The notes beneath the pieces were generated by a model. That model worked only from the letters and a program-made list of their open reading frames with translations. It had not been told where the DNA came from and ran no database searches. From NCBI RefSeq assembly GCF_000829235.1, contig NZ_AP012549.1, positions 660,001 to 692,000 of the forward strand: DNA of 32,000 nucleotides, in the 5' to 3' direction. Source of the DNA: a cyanobacterium endosymbiont of Epithemia turgida isolate EtSB Lake Yunoko. GTDB taxonomy: Bacteria > Cyanobacteriota > Cyanobacteriia > Cyanobacteriales > Microcystaceae. How positions within the stretch are numbered: the stretch's first letter is position 1; each line of letters starts with the position of its first letter. The position numbers and the translations under genes are program-made. Positions 19,330 through 29,508 of the stretch are shown here, in pieces.

Positions 19330-20816
19330 CAAAAGACGTAAACTATAACATATAATGTATCAAAAATCATAGTTAATTCATGTATAAAAATATATTTGTT
19401 ATGTATATGGTCAAGATTAACACTCCTATTAAATATAATTCACATAAAAAAATTATGATTTTTTATTTTAGATGATTATAATAGAGTATATAAGTTTATT
19501 GGTGATTTAGCTAGCTTTAAAATAAAGTTTAGAGTCCACGGCAAAAGCAATCATAAGATAAAAAATACAGATTTAATTATTGGCTAAACACTTCGAGCTT
19601 AATTAAAAATTTTAATTAATAAATTTTTCCAAACTAAAAATAGTAAAATATAAATAAATATTACTATAATAATAACTATTAAAGACGTGAAAAACACTAA
19701 TTTACACTAAAAAAATCTTCAAATTTTTTTTCTTAATGAGCTCAAATAAAGCTAGAAACTGACAGAGGTATTAATTATATTATCTGAAATTTAAAACTAA
19801 TTTTTAATCTGGTTAAAAAAAATTTAGATCATCACACTATTATGTTTAGCTTACAGTCAATCAACCTCCTCAAAATTTTAATGCTAAACAAGAAATCTCT
19901 ACACTTTTAAACTATTTTATTCTAAGCATGATTCGATGATTTATGTTACTAGTGTTGTCAATTTTTTTATTTTTTAAGATTTAAACAACTAATAAAGCCT
20001 CTTTTGTTTTTTGCTATTTGTTCTCAATTCTATTTATTTATGGAAAATAAGAATTAAATTTTGAAAAACCTCTTTAAGGTTAATTAAAATTCAAACCTTT
20101 TTCCTATTTCTGATAAGCTACATGTATTTTACCTTTCACTTTTTTTTTCAGTTTATTTAATTCCTTCTTGTCCCTTTCTTTTAAACTAACTATAAGTGAT
20201 GGCTGACCAAAAGTTAAAGCCTGATTGATCTAGATATTTTACACGAATTTTTCCCACAGCTTCGCTAAGCATCTCATAATTCCATTAATCCCAGTTAATT
20301 ACACAGATTAATTTTTGTATAAACTTTTAAAAAAGCCCTTTTTGAATAGATGGCAATTTTCTTAAACTTACACTATATTGTTAACAATTCAATCGCACTA
20401 ACTCTATCTTTTGCTCTTCAAGTAATTTTTTTAGCTTCACTTTACTCGAGAAAGTTTTTCCCTGCTTTAATTTAGGAAATATCCTTAAACGATAAGATTG
20501 CATTAATTGATCAGAGTTCTCATAGTCAACTTTACCAACACATGTTGATGTCTGTTCGTAGCGATTACTGTTTAATCCGCAATACAGATTAACAGAATCT
20601 CGCTTAATTTTATTTTCAATAATAATACTTAAGACTAATTTTTTTTTAGGGATAACAGTAAATTAGTGCCATTCTTATGAAGACTATGCTCCTAATACTA
20701 AACTCTCCATATAACAAAACCTCATCATTGATATAACAGGCAAAACTACTTCTAATTATCTGGGCAGTACTGGTTATCCTATAAGCTTTTTATACATGAT
20801 TTAAGGATTAAAACGC

Positions 20817-22760
20817 TTAATTACCTTTTTTTTGTACTTTGGGACGAGGAAACTCAGAAGCAGCAGGAAAATATTTAACCGGTTCATTGACTACTGCTTG
20901 TTTCATAAAGTCTCGCCAAATGGGGGCAGCATTACCTCCTCCTGTAACCCCTCGCCCTAAAGCGCGGTTAGCATCATCTCCTATCCAAACTGCTGTAGCC
21001 AATTGAGGAACATAACCCACAAACCAAACATTACGTTCTGAATCTGTGGTTCCTGTTTTACCTGCGGCAGGACGATCAATATTAGCCGCTCTCCCTGTTC
21101 CACTCGTAATAACTCCCTGTAAAACTGCTGTTAAGTTAGCCGTTGCCCAGGGATCTAGAACTAATTGGGGTTCTGGAGTATTGTCTAATAAAACATTGCC
21201 AAGACTGTCTGTGATTCGAACAATGGCTGTTGGTTTAGAATGCCAACCATTACTAGCAAAGGTAGCATAGGCTCCCGCCATTTCTAGGGGAGTGACATCT
21301 CCAGCCCCTAAGGGAAGGGAAGTCACCGCTTGTAACGGACTTTTAATTCCTATGCGACGACAGATCTCAATAACTTTACTAACTCCAACTTTACTTCCTA
21401 TAATCACTGCCGGAACGTTACGCGATTGTATCAAAGCAGTACGAATTGGCATAGGACCTCTATAACTCCCTCCATAGTTTTTAGGGCTATAAACATTTTG
21501 TCCATCCCGGAAACTTACAGGATTATCATTGACAATGGAGTCGGGGGTAAATTGGCCGCTAGCAAAAGCAGTATAGTAAACAAATGGCTTAAAGGAAGAT
21601 CCAGGTTGACGACGAGATTGAGTAGCACGATTTAGCTGACTTTTATTGTAATCAACTCCTCCTACGATTGCTTTAATAAAGTGAGTGCGAGGATCAACCG
21701 ATACTAAAGCGATCTGTAGATCTTTAGCAGAAATTCCCCATCGCCGTAAGTTACGATAACCCCTTTCTACGCTTTCTTTAGCTTTAAGCTGAAGATAATA
21801 GTCAACACTAGTTTGGATCCGCATTCCCCCTTTTAGGGTAACTTCTTCACCGAATTTATCCTCTAGCTCTTCCATAACAGTATCGGTCACATAGGGAAGT
21901 TTACTGTTCTGCCATGCTGTAGGTTTACCCATCCTTAAAGGTTCTTTTTTGGCTGCTTCAGCCTCTTGAGTAGAAATCCATCCCAAACCCCGCATTCTGT
22001 CTAAAACCATTGCTTGTCTTTGTTTAGATTTAGAATAATTAATAAAAGGGCTATAGGTTTCTGGAGCTTGGATGAGTCCGGCCATCAAAGCAGATTCAGC
22101 TAAGTTTAATTCGGATGCCGGTTTATCAAAATAACTTTCTGCCGCAGTTTGTGCCCCATAGTTATTATGACCCCAATAGATATTGTTTAGGTACATTTCT
22201 AGGATCTTATCTTTCTCAAAAACCTGTTCTACCCGAAGAGAAAGAACCGCCTCAGAAAGTTTGCGGTTAAAGGTTCGATCCGTCGACAAAAAGATATTTT
22301 TGACTAACTGCATGGTGATGGTAGAGGCGCCTTCTACCACACCACCACTTTTATAGTTCACCCAAAGCGCACGACCAATACTTGTGAGATTAACCCCGTG
22401 GTGATGATAAAAGTGACTATCTTCAATCGCTAGTACCGCCCTTTTAAGTTCAGGAGACATATAGTTTAAAGTTATCACTTCTCGGTTGGCTTCTTCATGA
22501 AGTCTCGATAGTAGCCGTCCTTTGATATCGTAGATATAAGTGGTTTCTGGTGGGGCATAGTTATTTAGACTCCGAACGTCTGGGAGATTGCGAAAGCTAA
22601 TGGCAAGTCCAACAAGTCCCCCTGCAATAATAGAACTGGCTAACAGGGAGAGACTGAGTACAGTTCCTCCAGCCACTTTTACTACACCTTGCCTAAAGGA
22701 GGCTTTAGGAGAGGGGGGCTTGTTTGGATTAGTTTGTTGTCGAATAGTGCTAGACGACAC
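20817..22760 (-). CDS. class A penicillin-binding protein (bifunctional glycosyltransferase/transpeptidase, PBP1 type)
   Basis: 647-aa ORF with a GTG start and an N-terminal membrane anchor. GT51 motifs EDSHFYHHHG, GASTITMQL and RKLSEA. Transpeptidase motifs SSFKP (SxxK), SRN and KTGT. Confidence 0.9.
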   Translation of the reverse strand: MSSSTIRQQTNPNKPPSPKASFRQGVVKVAGGTVLSLSLLASSIIAGGLVGLAISFRNLPDVRSLNNYAPPETTYIYDIKGRLLSRLHEEANREVITLNYMSPELKRAVLAIEDSHFYHHHGVNLTSIGRALWVNYKSGGVVEGASTITMQLVKNIFLSTDRTFNRKLSEAVLSLRVEQVFEKDKILEMYLNNIYWGHNNYGAQTAAESYFDKPASELNLAESALMAGLIQAPETYSPFINYSKSKQRQAMVLDRMRGLGWISTQEAEAAKKEPLRMGKPTAWQNSKLPYVTDTVMEELEDKFGEEVTLKGGMRIQTSVDYYLQLKAKESVERGYRNLRRWGISAKDLQIALVSVDPRTHFIKAIVGGVDYNKSQLNRATQSRRQPGSSFKPFVYYTAFASGQFTPDSIVNDNPVSFRDGQNVYSPKNYGGSYRGPMPIRTALIQSRNVPAVIIGSKVGVSKVIEICRRIGIKSPLQAVTSLPLGAGDVTPLEMAGAYATFASNGWHSKPTAIVRITDSLGNVLLDNTPEPQLVLDPWATANLTAVLQGVITSGTGRAANIDRPAAGKTGTTDSERNVWFVGYVPQLATAVWIGDDANRALGRGVTGGGNAAPIWRDFMKQAVVNEPVKYFPAASEFPRPKVQKKGN

Positions 22761-22977
22761 GATAGTTTTACTTTCTCACTCCGAGTATAGGTTTATGAAT
22801 TAGCGGAAGACCTGGCATAAATAAAGTTTTTTATAAGTAGTTTATAGGAATTTAGCCGAGATTCAATCCCCTAGTCTCATTTATTATGCCCTATACTCGA
22901 AATAAATTCCTAGCATTATGTCTATACACAGAATTTTCCATAATGTATAAGCAAGTTTTTTTGATGAGGATTTGATT

Positions 22978-23913
22978 ATGTCTACTATTAAAGTTTCGGT
23001 TCCAGCTACAACAGCTAATTTAGGCCCGGGGTTCGACTGCATTGGAGCTGCTTTAAACCAATATAACTACTTCAAGTTTAGCCCCATTGAAACGGAAACT
23101 CCTGACCTGACTATTGCTATAACAGGGAAAGAAGCCGCAAGAGTAAGTTCTGATCGCACTAACTTGGTTCATAAGTCTTTTCTGAAACTCTATCAATATC
23201 TGGGACAAACGCCTCCTGATGTCGCCATCGATATTGAATTGGGAGTTCCTTTAGCTAGGGGGTTAGGAAGTTCAGCCACCGCTATTGTTGGCGGTTTAAT
23301 GGGAGGAAATAAATTGGCTGGCGAACCTCTTTCCTTATCCGAGATTATGGAATTAGCAATCACTATTGAAGGTCATCCTGATAATGTGGTTCCTGCTTTG
23401 TTAGGGAATTGTCAATTATCTGTAGGACAAGCAGGAAATTGGCAAATTTGTCCCATTGTTTGGCACCCAGATATAATTCCTGTGGTTGCTATTCCTAATT
23501 TTGAACTGTCTACCCAAGAGGCGCGAGCTGTTTTACCTACTCACCTAAGTCGCCATGATGCTATCTTCAATATTGCTCGTCTGGGATTATTGATTAAAGC
23601 ATTAGAAACAGGCAATCGAGATTGGTTAATAATGGCATTGGACGATAGAATACATCAACCTTATCGTCAAATGTTGATCAAGGGCTACAATTCTCTAAAA
23701 AAAGCTGCCATGTCCGTGGGGGCCTATGGGGTAGTCATTAGTGGGGCAGGATCTACAGTAATTGCCTTAACTTCTTCTGAGCATGCCGAGCAGGTATCAC
23801 TTGCTATGACTAATGCATGGATGCATATAGGAATTGAAGCAGAAGCCCTATTGTTATCGATTGATTTAAATGGTACTAGAGTTGTTACTTTAAATGCGGA
23901 TGGCGAGACTTGA
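22978..23913 (+). CDS. thrB: homoserine kinase
   Basis: From ATG 22978: MSTIKVSVPATTANLGPGFDCIGAAL and the GHMP-kinase motif PLARGLGSSATA. The TGA stop lies at 23911-23913. The TTG at 22972 is less likely as the start. Confidence 0.9.
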   Translation: MSTIKVSVPATTANLGPGFDCIGAALNQYNYFKFSPIETETPDLTIAITGKEAARVSSDRTNLVHKSFLKLYQYLGQTPPDVAIDIELGVPLARGLGSSATAIVGGLMGGNKLAGEPLSLSEIMELAITIEGHPDNVVPALLGNCQLSVGQAGNWQICPIVWHPDIIPVVAIPNFELSTQEARAVLPTHLSRHDAIFNIARLGLLIKALETGNRDWLIMALDDRIHQPYRQMLIKGYNSLKKAAMSVGAYGVVISGAGSTVIALTSSEHAEQVSLAMTNAWMHIGIEAEALLLSIDLNGTRVVTLNADGET

Positions 23914-23976
23914 ACTCGCATGGCATAAGCCACACGCCCCTCAAGCGTGCGTGTCTACCGATTCCACCACATCCGC
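23895..23976 (-). tRNA. tRNA-Leu (anticodon GAG), class II, no encoded CCA
   Basis: The minus strand is GCGGATGTGGTGGAATCGGTAGACACGCACGCTTGAGGGGCGTGTGGCTTATGCCATGCGAGTTCAAGTCTCGCCATCCGCA. It has a 7-bp acceptor stem (GCGGATG/CATCCGC), a Leu-type D arm (GTG-GAATCGGTAGA-CAC), anticodon stem CACGC/GCGTG with loop TTGAGGG, a long variable arm (TGGC-TTAT-GCCA) and a T arm GCGAG-TTCAAGT-CTCGC. Confidence 0.92.
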
Positions 23977-24187
23977 ATCATAACTATTCGCGTCGTGTAC
24001 CATCATACATAATCAAAAGCTCAAAGACAAGTAAAATTTTAAACTATTTTTTAAGTCTTCTAATGAGTTGCCAGAAATTACCAAGAAAAAAAATGTTAAA
24101 ACAAGAGGCCAAGATTGACCCTCCATCTAAAAACCCTGTCATAATCTTTACATAGGGAACCCTGTATTTATCCAGAACTAAAGAATC

Positions 24188-25390
24188 ATGAGCATTTCCA
24201 TCAAACAATTATGTGTCTATGTTGCACTTCTAGCTGTAGGTAGCAGTCTTGGATTATGGAGAAGTTACTATACAAATCAACCATTGGTTACTCAGACGGT
24301 TCAAAACCCTCCAGTGGTTCCCACCAATCTGAACCCTTTATATTTTCCTTCTAGATCTGCGGGTGTAAACAATCTCAATTTTATTGCTAAAGCTGCTCAA
24401 AAAGTTGGTCCAGCAGTGGTTCGCATTGATGCAGCTAGACAAGTATCTAGCAACCTTCCTGACTCTTTTGAGAATCCTTTTTTCCGTCGTTTTTTTGGCA
24501 AGGAAATTCCGATTCCTAAGGAACATATTGAACGGGGAACAGGATCAGGGTTTATTCTTAGTGAAGATGGCCAATTATTGACAAATGCCCATGTGGTTGA
24601 TGGAACAAAACAAGTTAAAGTGACTTTGAAAAATGGACAAATCTATCGAGGACAAGTATTAGGGATTGATAAAATGACTGATGTGGCTGTAGTAAAAATT
24701 GGTGCTACGGATCTGCCCACAGTTAAATTAGGAACAGCTGAGAATTTACAACCTGGAGAATGGGCAATTGCTATTGGGAATCCTTTAGGATTGGATAATA
24801 CTGTAACAGTAGGAATTATCAGTGCCTTGGGGCGCTCAAGTTCAGAAGTTGGAGTTTCCGACAAGAGATTAAGATTTATTCAAACCGACGCAGCCATTAA
24901 TCCAGGGAATTCAGGAGGGCCTCTTCTTAATTCTAATGGAGAAGTGGTGGGTATTAATACAGCGATTCGTGCAGATGCTCAAGGATTAGGGTTTGCTATT
25001 CCCATCGAAATAGCCCAACGGGTGGCCCAACAATTGTTTGTCAAGGGAAAAGCAGATCATCCTTATTTAGGGATTCACATGGTTACGTTGGATGGAGAGT
25101 TACAAAAAGAACTTAATCAAGAAAATAAATTAGATTTTGAAGTAACTGAAACTAAAGGAGTTTTAGTAGTTAGTGTGGTAAATAATTCTCCTGCTGCTGA
25201 GGCTGGTTTTAAACCTGGAGATGTAATTTTAAAAGTTGGGGGTAAATTAGTAGAAACTGCAACGGATGTACAAGAACAAGTGGAGCTGAGTTCTATTGGA
25301 AAAATTCTTGATGTAGAGGTAATTCGCCAAGGAAATTCTAATCCTAAGACTTTAGCAGTATGCCCAGAATCTTTCCCAATCAATAATTAA
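24188..25390 (+). CDS. HtrA/DegP-family periplasmic serine protease with C-terminal PDZ domain
   Basis: 400-aa ORF with an N-terminal anchor, catalytic triad context (TNAHVV, DVAVVKI, GNSGGPL) and a PDZ segment (GVLVVSVVNNSPAAEAGFKPGDVILKVGG). Confidence 0.9.
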   Translation: MSISIKQLCVYVALLAVGSSLGLWRSYYTNQPLVTQTVQNPPVVPTNLNPLYFPSRSAGVNNLNFIAKAAQKVGPAVVRIDAARQVSSNLPDSFENPFFRRFFGKEIPIPKEHIERGTGSGFILSEDGQLLTNAHVVDGTKQVKVTLKNGQIYRGQVLGIDKMTDVAVVKIGATDLPTVKLGTAENLQPGEWAIAIGNPLGLDNTVTVGIISALGRSSSEVGVSDKRLRFIQTDAAINPGNSGGPLLNSNGEVVGINTAIRADAQGLGFAIPIEIAQRVAQQLFVKGKADHPYLGIHMVTLDGELQKELNQENKLDFEVTETKGVLVVSVVNNSPAAEAGFKPGDVILKVGGKLVETATDVQEQVELSSIGKILDVEVIRQGNSNPKTLAVCPESFPINN

Positions 25391-26676
25391 TATTCAATAG
25401 TTTTAAGGTTATTTAATGGTGTTTTCAGGACTACTAAGTCAATATATCTAAAATGAATTAGAAAAGAACAAGTTATTTTGTATCACTACATTCAATTCAT
25501 TGAAATTAAGTTAATACTGTCTTAGTTGATGTTTATTGGGGAGTTTTCTATTAAAAATGTTGGTTTAACAAGATTTAAGGATACGGTTGTTATTTTAAAC
25601 AACTCAGTTAAAATACAACGATAGTTAATAATTAGCTAAAATAATAATCGCCAACAATAAAAACTAAAATAACTAATGGAAAAACAGCATTACATATGAT
25701 TAATATACCTTTTTATTGTAAATTAATATAATTTTTTTTAGGTAAATAGATATATAAATTAATTAATTTTTTGAATATTTAATCTGATAAATATATTTAA
25801 GTGGTAGTTAATTGTTTCAATTTAAAAACATTAATATAGTTAAATTTTCTTGATTTTATTTATAAATCTCACTAATTTTTACTTCATTTTCTATTTATAA
25901 CGAAATAATCATGCTTCTCAGTTTATAGAACTTTTAAAAAAGTTATTGTATGACATATCCTCGTTCCTAAAATAATTGGTTAATCACATCTTGCCTAAAC
26001 TCAGGGATAAATTTACAGTTATCTATAAAGCCAATAATTTATTATAGTTGTTTTTAGTTAAATAAAGTTTAAATCTAAAATAACATTCCCTATAATTTTG
26101 TACTGATTCTACTAAGCCTTCAAAACTTGGCATACTCCACTACAAGATTGATAACAGACTTATATCAAAGTAAAATTGGTAAAATTAATTTTTGTATTTT
26201 CTCCCTTGCGAGCCTATAAAAAATGCTTCAGGAACATCATTGTTCAGGGCAAAACTTCTACAAAATAATGATATCTAACTAGATGAGGAAATACTTTTTT
26301 ACAAGGGGAAAGAACCTGCAACATATAAATTTTTTTCATGATTCGATATCTTGAATCATGAAAATTAATTACCACGGTTATAGTTCTACCTGTTCTCAAC
26401 AAAATTACGGTACTGCTCAAATCTTTGATGAGGATTATCTAGATCAGAAAATACCTCCGCGAGATTAAGATGAGATTTTATGTTCATAGTAAAAATATCG
26501 ATAAATACTAATTCTCTTTTCACCAAACTCACATTTTAAATAAACAAAGATATTTTAGCATTTTCTACACTAAACTAAATTCAGTAGCTTTAAAAAAGCT
26601 AATAAAATAAATCTAGTTTTCAGTAAAAAGTATCAAATTTTTTAAGATTCTTAAATTTAATTCAGATGATCATTGT

Positions 26677-28737
26677 CTATTTTTTGTTTAACTTACTTGT
26701 CTTAGCCAATGAAGTTTTCTTAGTCCTTTTGCAAGGAATAGTTTTAAGGAAAATAGGAACCGTAAAATGAAACTGACTTCCGAGATCTTTCCCATCTGAT
26801 TCCGCCCATATTTCACCGCCCCACCCCTGAACAATCTGACGACAAATAGCCAAGCCTAACCCCGTTCCCCCTGTACTACGCCGTAATGCTCCTTCTTCTT
26901 GATAGAATCGATCAAAGACTGTTTCCAAACAGTTGGGCTCAATACCTCGCCCCGTATCAGCTACCGTAACTTCTAAACTACCAGGATGAGTGCTGCTAAC
27001 TTCAATGGTTACACTTCCTTTAGAACTGGTAAACTTACATGCGTTGTCGAGCAATTTAGCTAACACTTCCACTAGCCATTCCCCATCGGCTTGAATTAAG
27101 GGAAGTTCAGCAGTTACTAAGTTTTTAATGTTGGGTAAATTTCTATCTCGATTACGGGACCTAACATTACTCAGAGATAGTTCAACACATTCAGCTAAAT
27201 CTAAGGGTTCGGGATGCCATTCTACCCGTCCACTTTCTAACCGAGAAAGGGTCAGAAAATCTTGGACAAGCTTACGCATACGTTCAGCATCTTGCAAGGC
27301 TGTATTAAGCATCACTTGACGCAATTTTGGGGACATATCAGGTTCAGTGGACAAACTTTCTAAACAAATTTGAATAGTAGACAGAGGTGTGCGTAATTCA
27401 TGTCCAGTAATAGCCACTAAATTAGAACGGGTGCGATCAAGGGCCTCAAGTTGTTCATTAAGATCTTGTAGATTAGCATAAGCTTCGGCTTGAATGAGGG
27501 CCACACCAATTTGAGTGGTAATCGCATTAACTAAAGCCACATCTTCATCTTTCCAGTCCACAGGATTAGGACCACAGTGATGCAATTCTAACATCCCCAA
27601 TAATCTTCCCCGATATAGAATAGGAACTAGTAGCCAGGATAGGATTGAACACTTAATAACAAGACTTTGCAGAGATTTTGAATCGGACTTTGTTCGGTTG
27701 AAAATACGCGGATCATTATTTGCATCTTCAATCATCAAAGCATCACGCAACTCCATCACTTCTTGAAATAAGGGATTGTCGTGTAACGGCCAAGTTTCTC
27801 CCTTAATTGAAGCAATACCAGCACTTAAAAATTCATGTTGAATTGTAGCTGTGGTATCAGTTTCCCGACAGCGATAGACAAGACAACGACATACTCCCAA
27901 ACCTTCTCCTAATTTCTGAACGGCTAGGTGCAAAATCTCTTCAGGATCTAGTGAGTGTCGAATAGCAGTGGTAACCGAGTTAATCAGACGTTCCTTATGC
28001 TCTTTGGAGGCTAGGGAACGGTTGGCCTTAAGCAGTTTATACTGACTAGCTTGTAGATAACTAACGAGGCGTTGTACAAAAGGATCGGGATATCTGTTAG
28101 GACAATCCCACGTTAACTTATTAACTTCTTTTTGCTTAAGATTTACTCTTCTTTGTTTTAAAGTGGTCACCGGTAAATATTTCTGACGAGCTTGCTTGAT
28201 TTTTGTCTTTAATTCCGGTCGATAGGCGAGAATGCGTCGTAACAAGGTATCTGCGGACTGTTGACTTACTTGACGATCGAATGTCCAAATTCCTTCAAAA
28301 CGTCGGCTATTGTCCATAGCTGAACCAACACGGTCATTGGTATTATCATAATTTACTCCAATGCGTTCTTGACATACTAAGCAGCTCGCATAATCTTGAG
28401 CAATAACGATTAAGTTCCATTCTTGAGCCAAGCTGTCTGTTGATTTAAAGGCGATCTTTTCATAAACTTCAGAACTGTTTTCAAAGTCGGCTTCTGGAGC
28501 AGCCAATACATAAACCTGATCTGTTTTTTGAGCGATTCGCCGATATCGTTGAGCTTCTTGCCGATAAAACCGTTCTCGTTGAAAACTGGCAATAACTAGA
28601 GGATAACCTGAGCCGGCTAAGACTTGATCTTCCATAGCATGAGATAAAGCTGTCAAGGAAGCCTTGAAATACATTTGAGGCCGCCAATAGGGAAAAATTT
28701 GCAACAGTTCTGTTAAAACCGATATTGAGTTGCTCAT
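26677..28737 (-). CDS. sensor histidine kinase with N-terminal DICT-like domain, GAF domain, HisKA and HATPase_c
   Basis: From ATG 28737 (MSNSISVLTELL...). The N-terminal segment YFKASLTALSHAMEDQVL...PLVIASFQRERFYRQEAQRYRRIA resembles the DICT domain. A GAF-like block follows (CRCLVYR...LLVPILYRGRLLGMLELHH). H-box ITGHELRTPLSTI, N-box LLDNACKFT, G1 DTGRGI, G2 GGTGLGLAI. The TTG at 28764 is less likely as the start. Confidence 0.85.
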   Translation of the reverse strand: MSNSISVLTELLQIFPYWRPQMYFKASLTALSHAMEDQVLAGSGYPLVIASFQRERFYRQEAQRYRRIAQKTDQVYVLAAPEADFENSSEVYEKIAFKSTDSLAQEWNLIVIAQDYASCLVCQERIGVNYDNTNDRVGSAMDNSRRFEGIWTFDRQVSQQSADTLLRRILAYRPELKTKIKQARQKYLPVTTLKQRRVNLKQKEVNKLTWDCPNRYPDPFVQRLVSYLQASQYKLLKANRSLASKEHKERLINSVTTAIRHSLDPEEILHLAVQKLGEGLGVCRCLVYRCRETDTTATIQHEFLSAGIASIKGETWPLHDNPLFQEVMELRDALMIEDANNDPRIFNRTKSDSKSLQSLVIKCSILSWLLVPILYRGRLLGMLELHHCGPNPVDWKDEDVALVNAITTQIGVALIQAEAYANLQDLNEQLEALDRTRSNLVAITGHELRTPLSTIQICLESLSTEPDMSPKLRQVMLNTALQDAERMRKLVQDFLTLSRLESGRVEWHPEPLDLAECVELSLSNVRSRNRDRNLPNIKNLVTAELPLIQADGEWLVEVLAKLLDNACKFTSSKGSVTIEVSSTHPGSLEVTVADTGRGIEPNCLETVFDRFYQEEGALRRSTGGTGLGLAICRQIVQGWGGEIWAESDGKDLGSQFHFTVPIFLKTIPCKRTKKTSLAKTSKLNKK

Positions 28738-29508
28738 CGACGTCTTTTTGGTATCTCCTCGCAAAATCGATTCATATCGCCCTTATAGCCTTTATATTGC
28801 AGTTATGGCCCCTTAAAAAAGGGTGTTGAAATATAAACAAAAAATCTATGTTTACAGTTACTCCTCATTGTAACGGGATTGCTATAGTGGCTAACGATAA
28901 TGTTATTAGGATTTACTTAACTCTATGGACATAGCCTAGATAAGTTATTTTTTCTTTAAATACCATTCTATTAGAAAAACTTGATATATTGTTGTCATTA
29001 AGTCTGTGCGCATCTTCTATTTAGCCTAAAATATCAATAATCACTCTTCAATTAACAAAAAGGTTTTGTATGTGTTTTTATAATTTCGGCTTCAAGGACT
29101 TTTTCTGCACACTTTTACTTCTAATGCATTATCAAGGTAACCAAATCTTTCCAGAACGCTTTTCGAGACATTGATGCTTTTCAAATCGGTCTCTTCATAA
29201 CCTTACTATTAGGCTTTTACAAAATCTGTCATTATTTTCTGATCTTTTAAGCTAAATAGAAGATCTTATCAGTAGTCATAAATATCAGGAAAAAATGACA
29301 ATATAATCTCCCAAAACTTAATAAATTTGTTAATAATCTTGTAATTTAACAATCTCGCTTCTTGACCATTTATCCTAGTTTTTTGTTACTTAAAATTGAG
29401 CAAAAGATCTCTTTAATCCAAATTACATGAGTTAACCATAATTAATATGAAACTTTTAAGACTTTAGCAAAAGCTATTTATTGCCTAAACTATCGGAGAG
29501 CATATCTC

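Noticed and set aside
20721-20744. The plus-strand translation LIIDITGKTT, considered as a Walker-B remnant (hhhhDE) of the hypothesised sbcC.
   Set aside because: It lies only about 28 codons from the end of the available space, whereas Walker B in SbcC is much further from the C-terminus. An ESF-containing candidate signature motif at about 20445 is also about 96 codons away instead of about 30. The geometry is inconsistent, so I do not count it as support.
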